A stretch of DNA of 64,000 nucleotides, from assembly GCF_036321535.1 (NCBI RefSeq), contig NC_087436.1, positions 67,582,001 through 67,646,000 on the forward strand, in the 5' to 3' direction. Below the pieces are notes generated by a model. That model was not told the origin of the DNA. It made no database searches and was given only the letters and a program-made list of their open reading frames with translations. Source of the stretch: Camelus dromedarius (lineage: Eukaryota). Made by a program: the position numbers and the translations under genes. Numbering within the stretch: the first letter of the stretch is position 1; each line of letters starts with the position of its first letter. Positions 1 through 13,889 of this stretch are shown piece after piece.

Positions 1-1815
1 GTGGTCTTTAGACAAACTATTTTTTAGAAGCAACAGAATATTTTGGAACAAGTAATATAATGTGGTTTTAAGTGTTTGCTTGCACCAAAGAATGCCTGGC
101 AAGAAGATGTATTTAAAGAAATAGGCACCATCACTATATAGCTTAGCTCACTGAAGTTGAAAACCTTAAATTACATCACAGTGGCCTGAAAGAGCTAATA
201 TAGTTTCAAATTTTTCTACATGATTTTCATTGAATCATTTATCTATTGCAGAAATACAGTGATGTCCAGATGGGTTTATTGGAACAGCTGTTTTTTTTCT
301 TTTTCTAGATTTCAGCTTTCCTATCACTGCAACTTACAAATTTGGGGTCCTATTACTTGGACCATACTAACAAGCAGCAGAAAACTGAAACAAATGACTA
401 TTGATTGTTTGACTCAGTTCTCTGAGTATTTAATAGTGATGATCTATTGGATTTTTAAAATTATCAAATTGAACTTGTTCTCTCAATAGAAATTCACTAA
501 ATTTTTATCTCTAGATGCTCCCTTTGTGGTGCCCTTCCTCCATTTCAATAAGAAATTATATTACATTGACAACTTTCTGTTTTGTAAAATTATCCGTAAG
601 TTTTCATTTATAATCCAGTCAGTACCTGCCACATTCTCTGATTTGTTTGTTCTAATGCCCTTAGTGGTTACTTTAATCTCTATAATTTTAAATTCCCACA
701 GTTGTTCTTTCTTTCTTGTATAAATGTTGATAAATCTGTGTACAGATTTAAGATTTTTATTAAACTTTTTTCTGATATACTAAGTATGGCATATGTGGAT
801 ATTCTGCTTGTTTCAACAAATACATATTACTGTTTGGTATGTTAGATATTCTGCTGGATGATGAGAGGAGACTGTTTTATTAAACAAGTGAGAGGAGACA
901 TTTGTCTATACATAGTTTATGTTCCAGTAAGGCTGACAGAAAAGAAAAGTCCATTATAATGTATGTTATTGAAATAAACAGGGGTTTGTGAATGAGCAAA
1001 AAAGAACAGGGTGTTCTACTGTATTTAGGACCTCACAGCATCCAGTAAATGAAACCGATGCTTCTTTGTTAAATGCAGAGAAGACCATGCCTTGTTGCTC
1101 CATGGAAAATCTTACTGTCAAGTTGTTGAGCTATCTTTTGTTTTTAATCAGAAATTATACTGGAAACTTTTTTTAATCAGTATGGAAGAAAAGCAAAAAT
1201 ATAGAACAAAACAAAACAAAAAACATAGCCAAAAAACAACAAAAAATGATCACTCTTTTTCCTACCTTAGTACATATTGCTCACAATTTAAGAGATAAGA
1301 GTTCTTTTTTGAGTGAATGCTTATCTAGAAGTCCAGAATACTATATACTGTTTTGGGATCTCGTGTCTAGAATCAGTTATTTGAAGCTCTTGGATTCCCT
1401 CCAAGTTTATCCTTGATATTTCTAAAAGATTCAATAGCTTCTTTCCTTTCCTTTGTATTTAATGAGAATTGTATCATGTTGTACATTGTATTTTAACTAT
1501 GAAACATGCCAACATCAGTGCTAGAAATTGGACTTGGAGAGTTGAAGTTAACTTTAAAGCATGCACAGCGTCTCTTGTAAGGTTTATTTCTTCCAGGTTA
1601 TTCTAGCCTCACTTGCTCTTTATAAAGTTTGGCTTATGTTGCTTCCTGACTAAGAGTAAGCAGTCCTTGCAAGCCTGGTCCATAAGAAATGTTAGTGAGG
1701 CAGTAATCTTGTGATCAATGGATAGACTTTCATTGTGGCTGTTGATTATATCTTGTAACATACAAATATCCTCTGTGCCCCTTCAATTTTGCCAACTTCT
1801 CACTGACATGACTAT

Positions 1816-2383
1816 GTACTGGTGTCCATGATTGGATTTTAGTTCTGAATCTACACTCTGCAGAGTTGCTGGGTTTAGAATTCTAGAAACTGCATTTCTT
1901 AGAGATCTGTGTCAGCTAGTTTACTGTTAATTTCTGCCAAGGGAAGCTTGGGAGACTGAAACTAAATACAGGAAGGGAGTCATTTGTTCCAGACAGTGAG
2001 TGTCATCAAAAGAGAGCAGCCAGCTCGTCTTTTGGATCTTCTGTCACTAGCCAAAAAGAGGTCCCTCAGAGGGACCAGAAGCATTGTGACCTTGGCAGCT
2101 GGAACTACAGTTGTGGGTGCCCTTTTGTCATAGGCCTACATGTCAGACACATGATACTCTTCTCCATAGGTCTAAGCACTGGCCCTACAGGATCCATTCT
2201 TTAAGCTCCTAGGCTCTGGCAAGTCCCCCTCTTCCTGCAGTTAATAATCTCTGGGTAAACTCAGCATCCCCTTCATGCCCTTTGGACTTTCTACTATGTA
2301 AACAATGTCCTGTATTACATCATTCCCTTTAAAAAACTAATTAATTTCTCCTTTTTACTGATTAGCGTTGGCCTGATTTGTAC
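1816..2383 (+). mobile_element. Ancient ERVL-class solo LTR, LTR33-like, degraded
   Basis: Motifs 'aaactgcatttc', 'tttctgccaaggga' and a 3' block 'cctgcagttaataatctctgggt...tgtatta...ctgatttgtaca' resemble the LTR33 consensus as recalled; boundaries approximate. Confidence 0.55.
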
Positions 2384-2512
2384 ATGTCGCCCTTAATGTA
2401 TCCCCCAGCATGAGATCTTTGGTAACATTGACTCAGTTCAAGGTAACCTGAAACAAAAGTTACCTCATTTTTAATGAAAGCTCTTCACTATGTGCTTAAA
2501 TTTAAAGACTTA

Positions 2513-5500
2513 TTTTAACATTTTTATTGATTTATAATCATTTTACAATGTTGTGTCAAATTCCAGTGTACAGCACAATTTTTCAGTTATACATAAACAT
2601 ACATATATTCATTGTCACGTTTTTTCTCTGTGAGTTACCATAAGATCTTGTATATATTTCCCTGTGCTATACAGTATAATCTTGTTTATCTATTCTACAT
2701 TTTGAAATCCCAGTCTATCCCTTCCCACCACCTGCCCCCTTGGCAACCACAAATTGGATTCTGTGTCTATGAGTCTCTTTTTGATGCTTTGTTTGTTTGT
2801 TTGTTTTTAGATTCCACATATGAGCGGTCTCATATGGTATTTTTCTTTCTCTTTCTGGCTTACTTCACTTAGAATAACATTCTCCAGGAGCATTCTTGTT
2901 GCTGCAAATGGCATTATGTTGTCGGTTTTTATGGCTGAGTAGTATTCCATTGTATAAATATACCACTTCTTTATCCAGTCATCCGTTGATGTACATTTAG
3001 GCAGTCTCTGTGTTTTGACTATTGTAAATAGTGCTGCTGTGAACCTTGGGGTGCAGGTGTCATCCTGAAGTAGGGTTCCTTCTGGATATATGCCCAGGAG
3101 AGGGATTCCTGGGTCATATGGTAAGTCTATTCCTAGTCTTTTGAGGAATCTCCATACTGTTTTCCACAGTGGCTGCATCAAACTGCATTCCCACCAGCAG
3201 TGAAGGAGGGTTCCCTTTTCTCCACAGCCTCTGCAGCACTTGTCATTTGTAGATTTTTGAATGACGGCCATTCTGACTGGTGTGAGGTGATACCTCACTG
3301 TAGTTTTGATTTGCATTTCTCTGATAATTAGTGATATTGAGCATTTTTTCATGTGCTTTTTGATCATTTGTATGTCTTCCTTGGAGAATTGCTTGTTTAG
3401 GTCTTCTGCCCATTTTTGGATTGGGTTGTTTGCTTTTTTCTTATTAAGTCGTATGAGCTGCTTATATATTCTGGAGATCAAGCCTTTGTTGGTTTCATTT
3501 GCAAAAATTTTCTCCCATTCCATAGGTTTTCTTCCTGTTTTACTTCTGGTTTCCTTTGCTGTGCAGAAGCTTGTAAGTTTCATTAGGTCCCATTTGTTTA
3601 TTCTTGCTTTTATTTCTATTGCTTGAGTAGACTGTTCTAGGAGAACATTTTTTGAGATGTATGTCACATAATGTTTTGCCTATATTTTCTTCTAGAATGT
3701 TTATTGTATCTTGTCTTATGTTTAAGTCTTTGATCCATTTTGAGTTGATTTTTGTGTATAGTGTAAGGGAGTGTTCTAGCTCCACTGCTTTACATGCTGC
3801 TGTCCAGTTTTCCCAACACCATTTGTTGAAGAGACTGTCTTTACTCCATTGTTTATTCTTGCCTCCTTTGTCGAAGATTAGTTGGCCAAAAGTTTGTGGG
3901 TTCATTTCTGGGCTCTCTATTCTGTTCCATTGGTCTATATGTCTGTTTCTGTAACAATACCATGTTGTCTTGATGACTGTAGCTCTATAGAATTGTCTGA
4001 AGTCTGGGAGAGTTATTCCTTCAGCCTCTTTCTTTCTCTTCAGTAATGCTTTGGCAATTCTAGGTCTTTGATGGTTCCATATAAATTTTATTATGATTTG
4101 TTCTAGTTCCGTGAAATATGTCCTGGGTAATTGGATAGGGATTGCATTAAATCTGTAGATTGCCTTGGGCAGTGTGACCATTTTAACAATATTGATTCTT
4201 CCAATCCAGGAGCATGGGATATCTTTCCATTTTTTAAAGTCTTCTTTAATTTCTTTCATCAGTAGTTTATAGTTTTCTGTGTATAATCCTTTCACCTCCT
4301 TGGTTAGATTTATTCCTAGGTATTTTATTACTTTGGGTGCTATTTTAAAGGGGATTGTTTCTTTACTTTCTTTTTCTGTTGATTCATCGTTAGTGTAAAG
4401 AAATGCAACTGATTTTTGAACGTTAATCTTGTAACCTGCTACCTTGCTGAATTTTTCGATCAGCTCTAGTAGTTTTTGTGTGGACCTTTTAGGGTTTTCT
4501 ATATATAGTAACATGTCGTTGGCATATAGTGACACTTTTACCTCTTCTTTTCCAATTTGGATCCCTTTTATTTCTCTCTCTTGCCTGATTGCTGTGGCTA
4601 GGACTTCCAAGACTATGTTAAATAGGAGTGGTGAGAGTGGCCTTGTCTTGTCCCAGATTTAGTGGGAAGCTTTTGAGTTTTTCACCATTGAGCACTATGC
4701 TGGCTGTAGGTTTGTCATATATAGGTTTTATTATGTTGAGATACGTTCCCTCTATACCCACTTTGGAGAGAGTTTTTATCATAAATGGGTGTTGAATTTT
4801 ATCAAATGTTTCTCTGCATCTATTGAGATGATCATGTGGTTTTTGTCCTTTCTCTTGTCGATGTGATGTATTGCATTGATTGATTTGCGTATGTTGAACC
4901 ACCCTTGTGTCCCTGGGATGAACTGCACTTGGTCATGATGTATAATCTTTTTTATGTGTTGTTGGATTCTATTTGCTAATATTTTGGTGAGGATTTTTGC
5001 ATCTATGTTCATCAGTGATGTTGGCCTATAATTCTCTTTTTTGGTAGTGTCTTTGCCTGTTTTTGGTATCAGGGTGATGGTGGCTTCATAGAATGAGTTT
5101 GGGAATATTCCCTCCTTTTCAATCTTCTGGAAGAGTTTGAGAAGGACTGGTGGGAGTTCTTCTTTATATGTTTGGTAGAATTCCCTGGTTAAGCCATCTG
5201 GTCCTTGACTTTTATTTGTAGGGACGTTTTTTATTGCTAATTTGATTTCATTTCTAGTGATCGGTTTGTTCAAGTGGTCAGTTTCTTCTTGGTTCAGTCT
5301 TGGTGGACAGTTATGTTTCCAGAAATTTTTCCATCTCCTCTAGGTTATCCATTTTGGTTCCATATAGTTTTTCATAATACTCTCGTATGATATTCTGTAT
5401 TTCTATTTTATTTGTTGTAATTTCTCCACTTTCCTTTCTTATTTTGCTTATTTGTGCTCTTTTTTTTCCTTCTTTGTGCGTTTGGCCAGAGGTTTGCTGA

Positions 5501-6336
5501 TTTCATTTACTTTTTCAAAAAACCAGCTTTTGGTTTGATTGATATTTTCTATGGTTTTTACTCTCTGTTGTGTTTATTTCCTCCCTGATCTTTATTATTT
5601 CCTTCCTTCTGCTGCCTTTTGGGGTTTTTTGCTCTTCTTTTTCTAATTCTTTTAGCTGGTGGGTTAGATTGTTTGAGATTGTTCTTTTTTGAGGAAAACC
5701 TGTATCACTATAAACTTCCCTCTTAGCACTGCCTTTGCTGTGTCCCATAAATTTTGTATGGTAGTGGTTTCATTTTCATTTGTCTTAAGGTATTTTTTTT
5801 CATTTCAACTTTGATTTCATCGTTGACCCACTGTTTTTTTTTTTTAACAGCATGTTGTTTAATCTACATGCTTTCCTTTTTTTCTCCTTTGTTTCTCTGT
5901 AGTTGATTTCTAGTTTCATGGCATTGTAGTCACTAAAGATGCTTGAGATAATTTCTCTTCTTAAAATTGTTGAGGCTTCTTTTGTGCCCAAGTATATGAT
6001 CAATCCTAGAAAATGTTCCATGTGCACTTGAAACCAATGTATATCCTATTTTGGGGGGGGGGGGGTGTAATGCTCTGAAAATATCTACCAAATCTAATTT
6101 TTCTATTGTATTATTTAATTTCTCTGTTGCCTTATTTATTTTCTGTCTGGAAGATCTGTCTAGTGATGTTAATGCGGTGTTAAAATCTCTTGACTATGAT
6201 TGTATTCCCATCAATATCCTCCTTTATCTCTGTTAGTAGATGTTTTATGTACTTACGTGCTCCTATATTAGGTGCATATATATTAACGAGTGTAATATCC
6301 TCATCTTGTATTACTCCTTTAATCTTTATAAAATGA
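2513..6336 (-). mobile_element. 5'-truncated LINE-1 (ORF2 from mid-endonuclease to 3' UTR); relatively young but inactivated
   Basis: Minus-strand ORFs translate to L1 ORF2: the endonuclease part (HFIKIKGVIQDEDITLVNIYAPN near 6335-6265), RT ([24 protein letters not shown]) and the Cys-rich C-terminus ([18 protein letters not shown]), followed by a 3' UTR with AATAAA. Candidate TSD core aaagactta at 2504-2512 and 6339-6347. Confidence 0.97.
2807..6336 (-). pseudogene. L1 ORF2p (endonuclease/reverse transcriptase) pseudogene with multiple frameshifts
   Basis: ORF2 is split over track ORFs 5800-6027, 5515-5748, 4779-5273, 4618-4902, 3540-4610 and 2807-3667. YADD reads YAND and the QGCPLSP motif is frameshifted near 4640. 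Confidence 0.93.
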
Positions 6337-7639
6337 AGAAAGACTTACTTTTGAGCAATATTAGAAGGAGGGTACATATGGTAGCTGAAGTGAGGCCTAT
6401 ATAGGGGACAGATAGATATTTTGTAAGATCATCCCTTTTCAGATTAAAACATAATTATATTATCAAACTCAAAAGGGCACCACCTTCAGGCCAGAATCAT
6501 CAGATTCTTATCTGAGCCAGATAGAGCCTGAAAAAAAAGTGCAACACTGATCTTACCACTGTCCATGCTTGTGCAGGTGCTTGGACGGAACTGGAGCTTA
6601 GAGATAACCAGGCTACTCTCCTGGTTATTTAGCTTCATGAGCCAGTTCCTTTCCAATACACTAGACCGAGTTGATAGCAGCCCACTGGCAACCAGAGCAG
6701 CTCACTTAGGCCAAGGGAGGCTTTTTTGAAAGATCCACATCTAAATAATCTGTTTATATTTCTGAAACTTCTGAATTTAAGAATACAGTAAGCATTTTGT
6801 AAGCTTGTAAACAGAAAAAAAAAAATTGCTAAAGGAAAAGAGTCTGCCATTTCGTTCCCACAATATAAGCTATTGAAGATACAAGAATAAGTGTGGTAAA
6901 CCCTATTTATATGTTTCACGTGTAAAGATGAAAGAAAGACATTTCTAAACTTGCCACATCACAGAATATATGACACCCATACAACTTCTCTAAAACAGAC
7001 TACTTCAGGAAGCATTCCAACTTTAATAAAACTGATATAGGCAGCCACAAAGACTGGGCTCAGTTTGAGGATGACCACAATATAAGTTTGTTTGGTAACA
7101 TGCTGCATTTAAGTTAGTTTACTTTCAAAGTAGCTAATAGTCATAGATACAAGGTATATAACTGGATAAGGGTGCAAGTGGGTAAATACCTGTCTCCTCA
7201 CTGACTTCTTTAAGGCACATCCAAGTTGAAGAGTATTTAGCCACATTTTGGAGAGAAATATTTACCAGTTCAGAGAAAGACTATTAAATGGAAGCTTGTT
7301 ATTTTTTCTCTCTCAATTAGCATACAAAGACAGTTTATAATGGCACTAAGCAGAATTCTGCCTTTCAGCAGACCAGGACAAACAAGCCCAATATCTAGGT
7401 TTTGGAACTGAATTTGTAAATACTTAGCAATCTCCCTTTATCTGCATCTGTGTCTCAATATAAAATTTCTTAGTTTATGCCTTTTTAGAAGCTATGGTCA
7501 AACGTGCATTTCTTGATAGATTTAATATACAGGAGAAATAAGTGAGCAAACAAGACCTTTAGAATATATATGAAAATACTAAGCTGTGATACACTGTAGC
7601 AAGATGTGTAACAGGACTTTTAGTAAAGAAGTATCCCCA

Positions 7640-7815
7640 CCCACTCAAATTCCAGTTCTATCTCATACCAACTGTGTACCCTGGCCATTTACTGTACTTC
7701 TCTTTTCCTTACTCCTTTATATTTAAAGAAAGGAGTTAATAGTATTTGGCTTATAGGTTTATCATAAAGGTTGAATAGGTTATTGTATTCTAAGCAGGCA
7801 AGGGCTTAAACAATA
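7640..7815 (+). mobile_element. MIR SINE, degraded
   Basis: 'aaattccagttcta...actgtgtaccctggcc...ataggtttatcataaaggttgaata' follows the MIR core layout. Confidence 0.55.
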
Positions 7816-8849
7816 TTTTAAATTATAATAAATAGTGTAGCTTTTGACAATATTTTTATACCTATATAATGTTTGATAAGTGATCTGTGATATACAGTAT
7901 AATTCTCAAAGAAAGCAAAATCAAAATGGCACAATGTTAACAATAATACCAGAAGTAACTTTCCTATGGTGGCAGGAAAGTTAAAGTACAGTAAAGATGT
8001 TTTCTTTTTGTATAGGAGTAGGTGTAAGCACATCTATAGTTGAATCTTTATATATTAATATTGAAATAGAAATGGTGTTCATTCTTATAACCAGCAGTGG
8101 AATGAAAACAAAGAAATAAAACTTCCAGTTCACTGGACAGACACAAAACAAGAAATATGATATGAATGCCAACATATACTTACCCTGTAAAGATGAATAT
8201 TTCTCTCAAACACATATATTATCAAAATTGATTAGCTGCCTCCCCCTTCCCCATGCTCACATACACACCTTTACTTATGTAAGTACAAATCTAATTTACT
8301 GGATTCATCTAACGCCAGTGTGATAAAACTTGTTATTAGCAAAACTAATTTTAAAATGAACAGATTTTTCCAAAGAACAAAATAACCTTTAGATCACAAA
8401 AGTGGAAGCATCAATTTCCAGTTATTTACAGACTTAAATTTTTTTAAAATGCAGCTTAAGCAGTATTCTGAGAAGTTTTCATAGCCTTCAGTTATACTGA
8501 CTACAAATAAATTAAACCTTCCACTCAAGTATTTTGGAAAAAGATATTTTTAAGTAATGACAACAGGAAAAATAACTAGCTTGGAAAACACCAATAGAAT
8601 TATCAGATATTGGATTTACACATTTTCTTTGAAAATATAAGGATAACCCCACAATCCAATTTTGGCAAATGAAGAACACAAAGGAAAAACATACATATAT
8701 AACACTGCAAATGATAAAGGTAATAAGCCACAAATTCAAAGAGAATACATCATCTAAAGCAGATTACTATAACTTTAGATAAATGCTCTTGATAATAGTT
8801 ATAAAATAGTTTTTTCCCCCTTGGAAGCAACTGGAAATTAGTACAACTC

Positions 8850-9560
8850 TCTCAGCAAGAGGTAAGAATAGAGACTGATTGCCCTGAAGAAATGAAAAAC
8901 TTTATCAATAATAAACATCAAAAAAAATCCTAGTGGTCTTATAGGTAAATTATAGCAAAAGTCCTTCCAAATGTAATTAATGAGGGCAGCATACAATTCA
9001 TTGGGTAGGGATAGGTTGAAACTAAGCTTAAATCAACCAAATAGATAAAGAATACTAAGAGGAAAAAAAATTAAAAAACAAACAAAATTTAGACCTATAT
9101 TACAAATACAAATGGAAAAATTCCACAAAAGACCACTGTTAAACAAATCAAACAGAGTGATGAACACAGACCATGGTCAGTTAGGTTTGTTTCAACCTAG
9201 AAAGAGAAGGATGATTCAAAATTCAAGTTTTATTTACATAGCTCAATCTATTTTGCATTATGGGAAAAGTATAATAATATCAGTAAGCACTAGAAAGCAT
9301 TCAATAATGCATAATTACCTATTACAGCCACTTATGCTTTGAAAAAAAAACTTGTTAAATGATGCCTGGAATGGACTAACTATATCAAAATAAAAGATAA
9401 AATTTCTTTACAAACTGCAAATGCCATATTAAACTCCACACAATTCTCAGTGAAGTTAAAACAAATTTCTCCAACTGTTTAAATCGTTTTAAAGATTTTA
9501 TCCAATACAATAATTTTTTTAAAAAAATGAATAGAATTTCTGGAGAAAAAAAAAATCACG
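8850..9560 (+). mobile_element. Ancient L1M ORF2 remnant (RT N-terminal region)
   Basis: A-rich segment with decayed equivalents of NYRPISL, HDQVGFIPGMQGWF and EKAFDKIQ ('tttagacctatatta', 'ccatggtcagttaggtttgtttc', 'agaaagcattcaataat'). Confidence 0.5.
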
Positions 9561-9670
9561 TAGGCATTTGGATGGAGTAGTGCTAGTAAAAAGCACAGAA
9601 TACTCACATCCAGTTTGGTCTAGAGTTCATCTTGAAAATTGTTCCATATAACGCAGTAATGTTTTGTCAC

Positions 9671-9714
9671 GTTCTGCTCAGAAAATGCTGCAGTTCTGCT
9701 CAGAAAATGCTGCA
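9671..9714. repeat. Perfect 22-bp tandem duplication
   Basis: gttctgctcagaaaatgctgca occurs twice (9671-9692, 9693-9714). Confidence 0.97.
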
Positions 9715-12700
9715 AATCTTTAGTGTTTTTCTGAACCTCCCTCTCATCACTTTCAGGGATAAACTTGACTACATTCCATCGGAGAAGAAAAGATAATGTA
9801 GAAACTGTCTCAACTCACTTCCTTTCCACACAATTTACTTTTATGTAAGATCATTCCTTTCATCCTTCCTCCCATCCCAGTGGAAGAGATCTTACATATT
9901 TTATATCCAAATTAAATAAGTTTCTGGAGTGGTGCTTGGGATAGTTGTTTTAAGATGAGAAAGAAAATGAGTATGTTTATGTGCCAGAGACAATCTGACA
10001 GATACAGCAAGGATGTATGAGGTAGCTGGAGAGGATGGAATATGTTCAAGACAGGTTTTCTATTCAAAGCCTTTTCTAGAAGTCACCAAACTGAGTTCTG
10101 AATTTCACTACTGTTTTCCCATAACACCATGTGCTTATTTTTTTATCGTGTATTGAATTATGTTTACATTAGTGTTTTACCTTTTTCCCCACTATGATAT
10201 AAGCTTCCTCAGAAGCAATGTTAATCAATTCACTATTTTATTTAATAAATCCATATATTTATTGAATCCTTACCATATATCATGCATTATACTAAAAAGT
10301 GAGGGAAAACAGAAGAAATAGCTTCTTCATTCAATTGGACAGAGGTGTAGACTAATGTTATTTTTTTTTACTTAGGTAAGCAATTAACTATCAAAGTTCT
10401 AGGCAGTGGAAATGACCAAAGATGCCCAAAGTTTAGATATAAAAATCTCATTGAACTGTTATCTTAAGAATGAGTAGGATTTAACTGGACATACTAAGAA
10501 GTACTATGGGTGACAGCTGAGTATTTGTTAAACTTTTCATTGCAGTTGGAAAATCACACAGCAGCCTATGGTTCTCTGTTGCTTAGTTGCAACACTAAAG
10601 ATATGATACAAATCATGTCATTAGATGATGCAAAAACAACTACTAAGCACCTGATTCTCAGTCAGTGTGTCATTTAAGTAATAAATACCACCTTTTCCAT
10701 TGAGCACCCATGTTATGGGATCAAAATTGTTACAAAAAGAATCCAGCATCCACAAGAAACAATTTCATAAACACTAAATGAATGTGTGCATTAATAAAAA
10801 TAGTACATTTTAAAAGAAATAGAATTTCTTCAACTAAAATAAAGGGAGCCAATTCCAGCTGGAACCCTGACTAACCTTTCAATCCTGATGTATACTTGCT
10901 TCTTTGTTGATCATCTCCAAACCACAGGCCAGGCCCTGAGGGCACCACCCCTCATACTGATACAAGGCCAATCTCGTCTCTCACTTGTCTGCTTGGCTCA
11001 CACAGTTCCTGGAGTCAGGAGACCAGTGTGGCCTTGGCAGAAGAAAACTTCCCTCCTTGGCACAAAGATTACGTAAAGGAATCAAATTAAATCTCAACCA
11101 AAAAAAGAAAAAAATTAAGTGATTTGTTAAAAATACATACATATCTAATTTCATCAAAAACTTGAAGAAACATCTGCCTGATGAAAAATATGAGAGAGGG
11201 GAGAGCTTGCTGCTTACAACCATACATTAACTTTATGCTTAAACTCAGCATATGTATAGTGGTGTGGTGAATAACGGATTGTCACAGCAGATCCAATTTA
11301 GATGATATAAAGGCTCTCTGTTAGTCATAGTGGTAAGTCCTTCCCCCCTCCCCCAGCAACAATTATTCAGTTATTCTTGAGAGTAAAAGCATGCTCTGAT
11401 CAGGTGGAAGCCAATATAGACAGACAGAACAAACTCATTCACACTTGACTATCCCATTATGTCTTTAAACCTAGCTGATGAGGTTTTTGGTGATTTCCAC
11501 TTACAGTGACAAATAAAAGCAGCAGCTGCACCTCTAATCTTGCTAGCAACAGTATTCTCTGAACATAGCCACTGAAAAAGCCTCTTGTTAACTTCAAACT
11601 CATATTTTGTCAGTTAAAATTCATGCCTCTAATCCCCTCACTGGATCACTGCTTTGTTGAAAAGTAGCATCGTTTACAATCCTGACAGCAGGGGATTGGG
11701 GTGCCAGGAACTGCAAATGGTTGTCATCTGACTTCAGCAGCAGTTTCAGGATCCAAAGAACAGTGTAACATATTTCAACAAGGAAAATTCCCTTACAAAG
11801 ATAAAAAAAAAGAAAAACAAATATGTAAATAGGATAGAAGTAAAACATGTAAGGCCTTCACTAAAGAGCTTTTCATCTATTCTTTTACCTTCTTTTCTTT
11901 CAGATTACTTCACCAAATAAGGTTTTAAGTGCATGCTCCCTTTCCATTCCAGCAAATATTTCTGCCAAATCTGTAATCACAATAGAAGGCTTCAAAGAAA
12001 AACTTATTTTGCATTTTTAAATTTAGTACTGTCATGTGCTTATTGCATTAAGGATTTTTTAATGTCAAATAGTGGTTATCTAAGAGGAAGGGTAAGAGAC
12101 TCAGCAATCCAAACCTGCTATATTCTGCAAAACTACACACAAAGTCAGTGTATTAATTCATAGATTCTAAAATGGTATAGATGGAACTATGAATTCTAGA
12201 CCTTATTTCCTATGTGCTTAAGGGTGAGAAAAGGCCCCAACTTTTCTCCTTTAACTGCTGGATCACTCTCCTCTGTTCACACCAGTTAGACAAGGAGAAG
12301 GAGTAACTGTTCAGCTTTCTAGGTGCATGATAGGCTCCTGTTCCTGAGCGGGTGTGGGCATTGTGGCCCCAGCTGACTCTGCAGACCCCGGTCTCTGCAC
12401 ATGTTTGAGTGCACTGTGACAAAATTCAGGTTTGTCTTGGTGGGGAGAAACAGGCCCCATGCTTCAAACTTCCAGAGGCTTCTACAGTGGAGGGCTTGGC
12501 TTCCATTTGACATTATCTTTTAAGTTTATAATTCTGTGAGGAACAGTAGCAGTAGTAGGATTCATAGCAGGATTCAGGTATGTCTGTTTTGCAGGAGGGG
12601 ATGTGGGACCCAGCTGGTCCTTGGCTATCCACTGAGACATAGTTTTATTTGTCCACCCAAATTACCACTGGCATGATTTGGTCAAGTCTTTCTTGTCCAA

Positions 12701-12807
12701 TAATCTCCTAGGTATTTCTTTGCTACCCATTAAGACTTAATTTCAGGACATATTGGTTATATCCTGAATTGCCTTTGATTCCCTAAAAGCTTAGGTATTT
12801 GTAAACC

Positions 12808-12832
12808 GTGTGTGTGTGTGTGTGTGTGTGTG
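12808..12832. repeat. (TG)12 microsatellite
   Basis: Direct reading of the sequence. Confidence 0.97.
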
Positions 12833-13086
12833 AAGATGACCCAGAAATTCTTATTCCTTGAAAGTAGTTGATGTTTAAAAAATGTCTTTCCATGTTCTGT
12901 CCATCCATATCTCCATCTAAACTTGAGCAAAAGCTATTAAAGTTGGGAGAAACTACAATTCTACTTATTTTGTAAAAATGAAACACTTTGCCTTTTACAC
13001 TTATTCTCTTCTACCTAATTTTTGTGACATGACTAGTTGTCACTAAACCCAGTCTTTGATATTCTCACTTGATGAGTTTTCTGTTA

Positions 13087-13551
13087 GAGGGGTTTAACCC
13101 AGAATCTATGAATAGAAGTCAGGCAGTCCATGAATCAGGATGGGAAAATACTACTTATATTTATGTTTTCACCAACCTTTAACTGAAAATTAACATTGCC
13201 CTGCATTATAAACATGGATAATAGACTATAGTAGTAGTAATGCTTATGAATTTGTAATCAATATAAATTACAGACTATTCATGAAAGTGTACTTGCATTT
13301 ATCATTAAAAAATTTCAGTTGCTATTGAAACCACCACTAGATCTTGTTGGTTAATACATTCATAAAGAAGCAGATATATTACTCTGTTTTGATTTTTAAA
13401 TTTTTATAGCTAATTTTCAATATAACTACTTTTTTTGTAATTGCATGCATTTTGTTATTTTCAATTAAAAACATTATTTTAAAAGGGGCATGCAATCTTT
13501 ACCTGACAGCAAAGGGATACACGGTACACACACAAAAGTTTAGGAATCCCA
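13087..13551 (+). mobile_element. Non-autonomous hAT-Charlie element, MER113-like
   Basis: Colinear with the MER113 consensus as recalled: 'ggggtttaaccc...gtccatgaa...ggatgggaaaa...ccactagatcttgt...ataaagaagca...aaaagtttaggaatccc', with decayed terminal inverted repeats. Confidence 0.7.
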
Positions 13552-13889
13552 CATGTGACTGTAGTTTCTGATAGAACCAGAGATTTCTGTATCACCCATG
13601 TCACTAGCGGAACAATGAGGGCTTTTAGTTAGTGACTAAATGTTTTCTGATCCTTGATTTGAAATCTCCTTGTGTGGAAATATGATTAAATGAGAAAAAG
13701 AAATAATGTAATACCTACTTATATTTGACCAAAAATAAGAAAGTAATTATGCTTTACTAACAATCAATGAATGGAGTGACACTGATGCCCTCCCCAGGTC
13801 CACATTTCTGTCAGTCACTTGTCACTTCTGATGTGAAAGGATTCCTAAAGGAAGGCTGTGTAATTATAAAGGTTTGATAATGATGGACT

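Noticed and set aside
2807..4610. The 356-aa and 286-aa ORFs as functional genes or a novel RT system
   Set aside because: They are frameshifted fragments of ordinary L1 ORF2 with a mutated catalytic motif, and there is no ORF1 or promoter.
6557..6740. Minus-strand coding exon ending at a good donor (GTG|GTAAGA)
   Set aside because: The acceptor is poor and all three frames contain stops; a non-coding exon cannot be supported from sequence alone.
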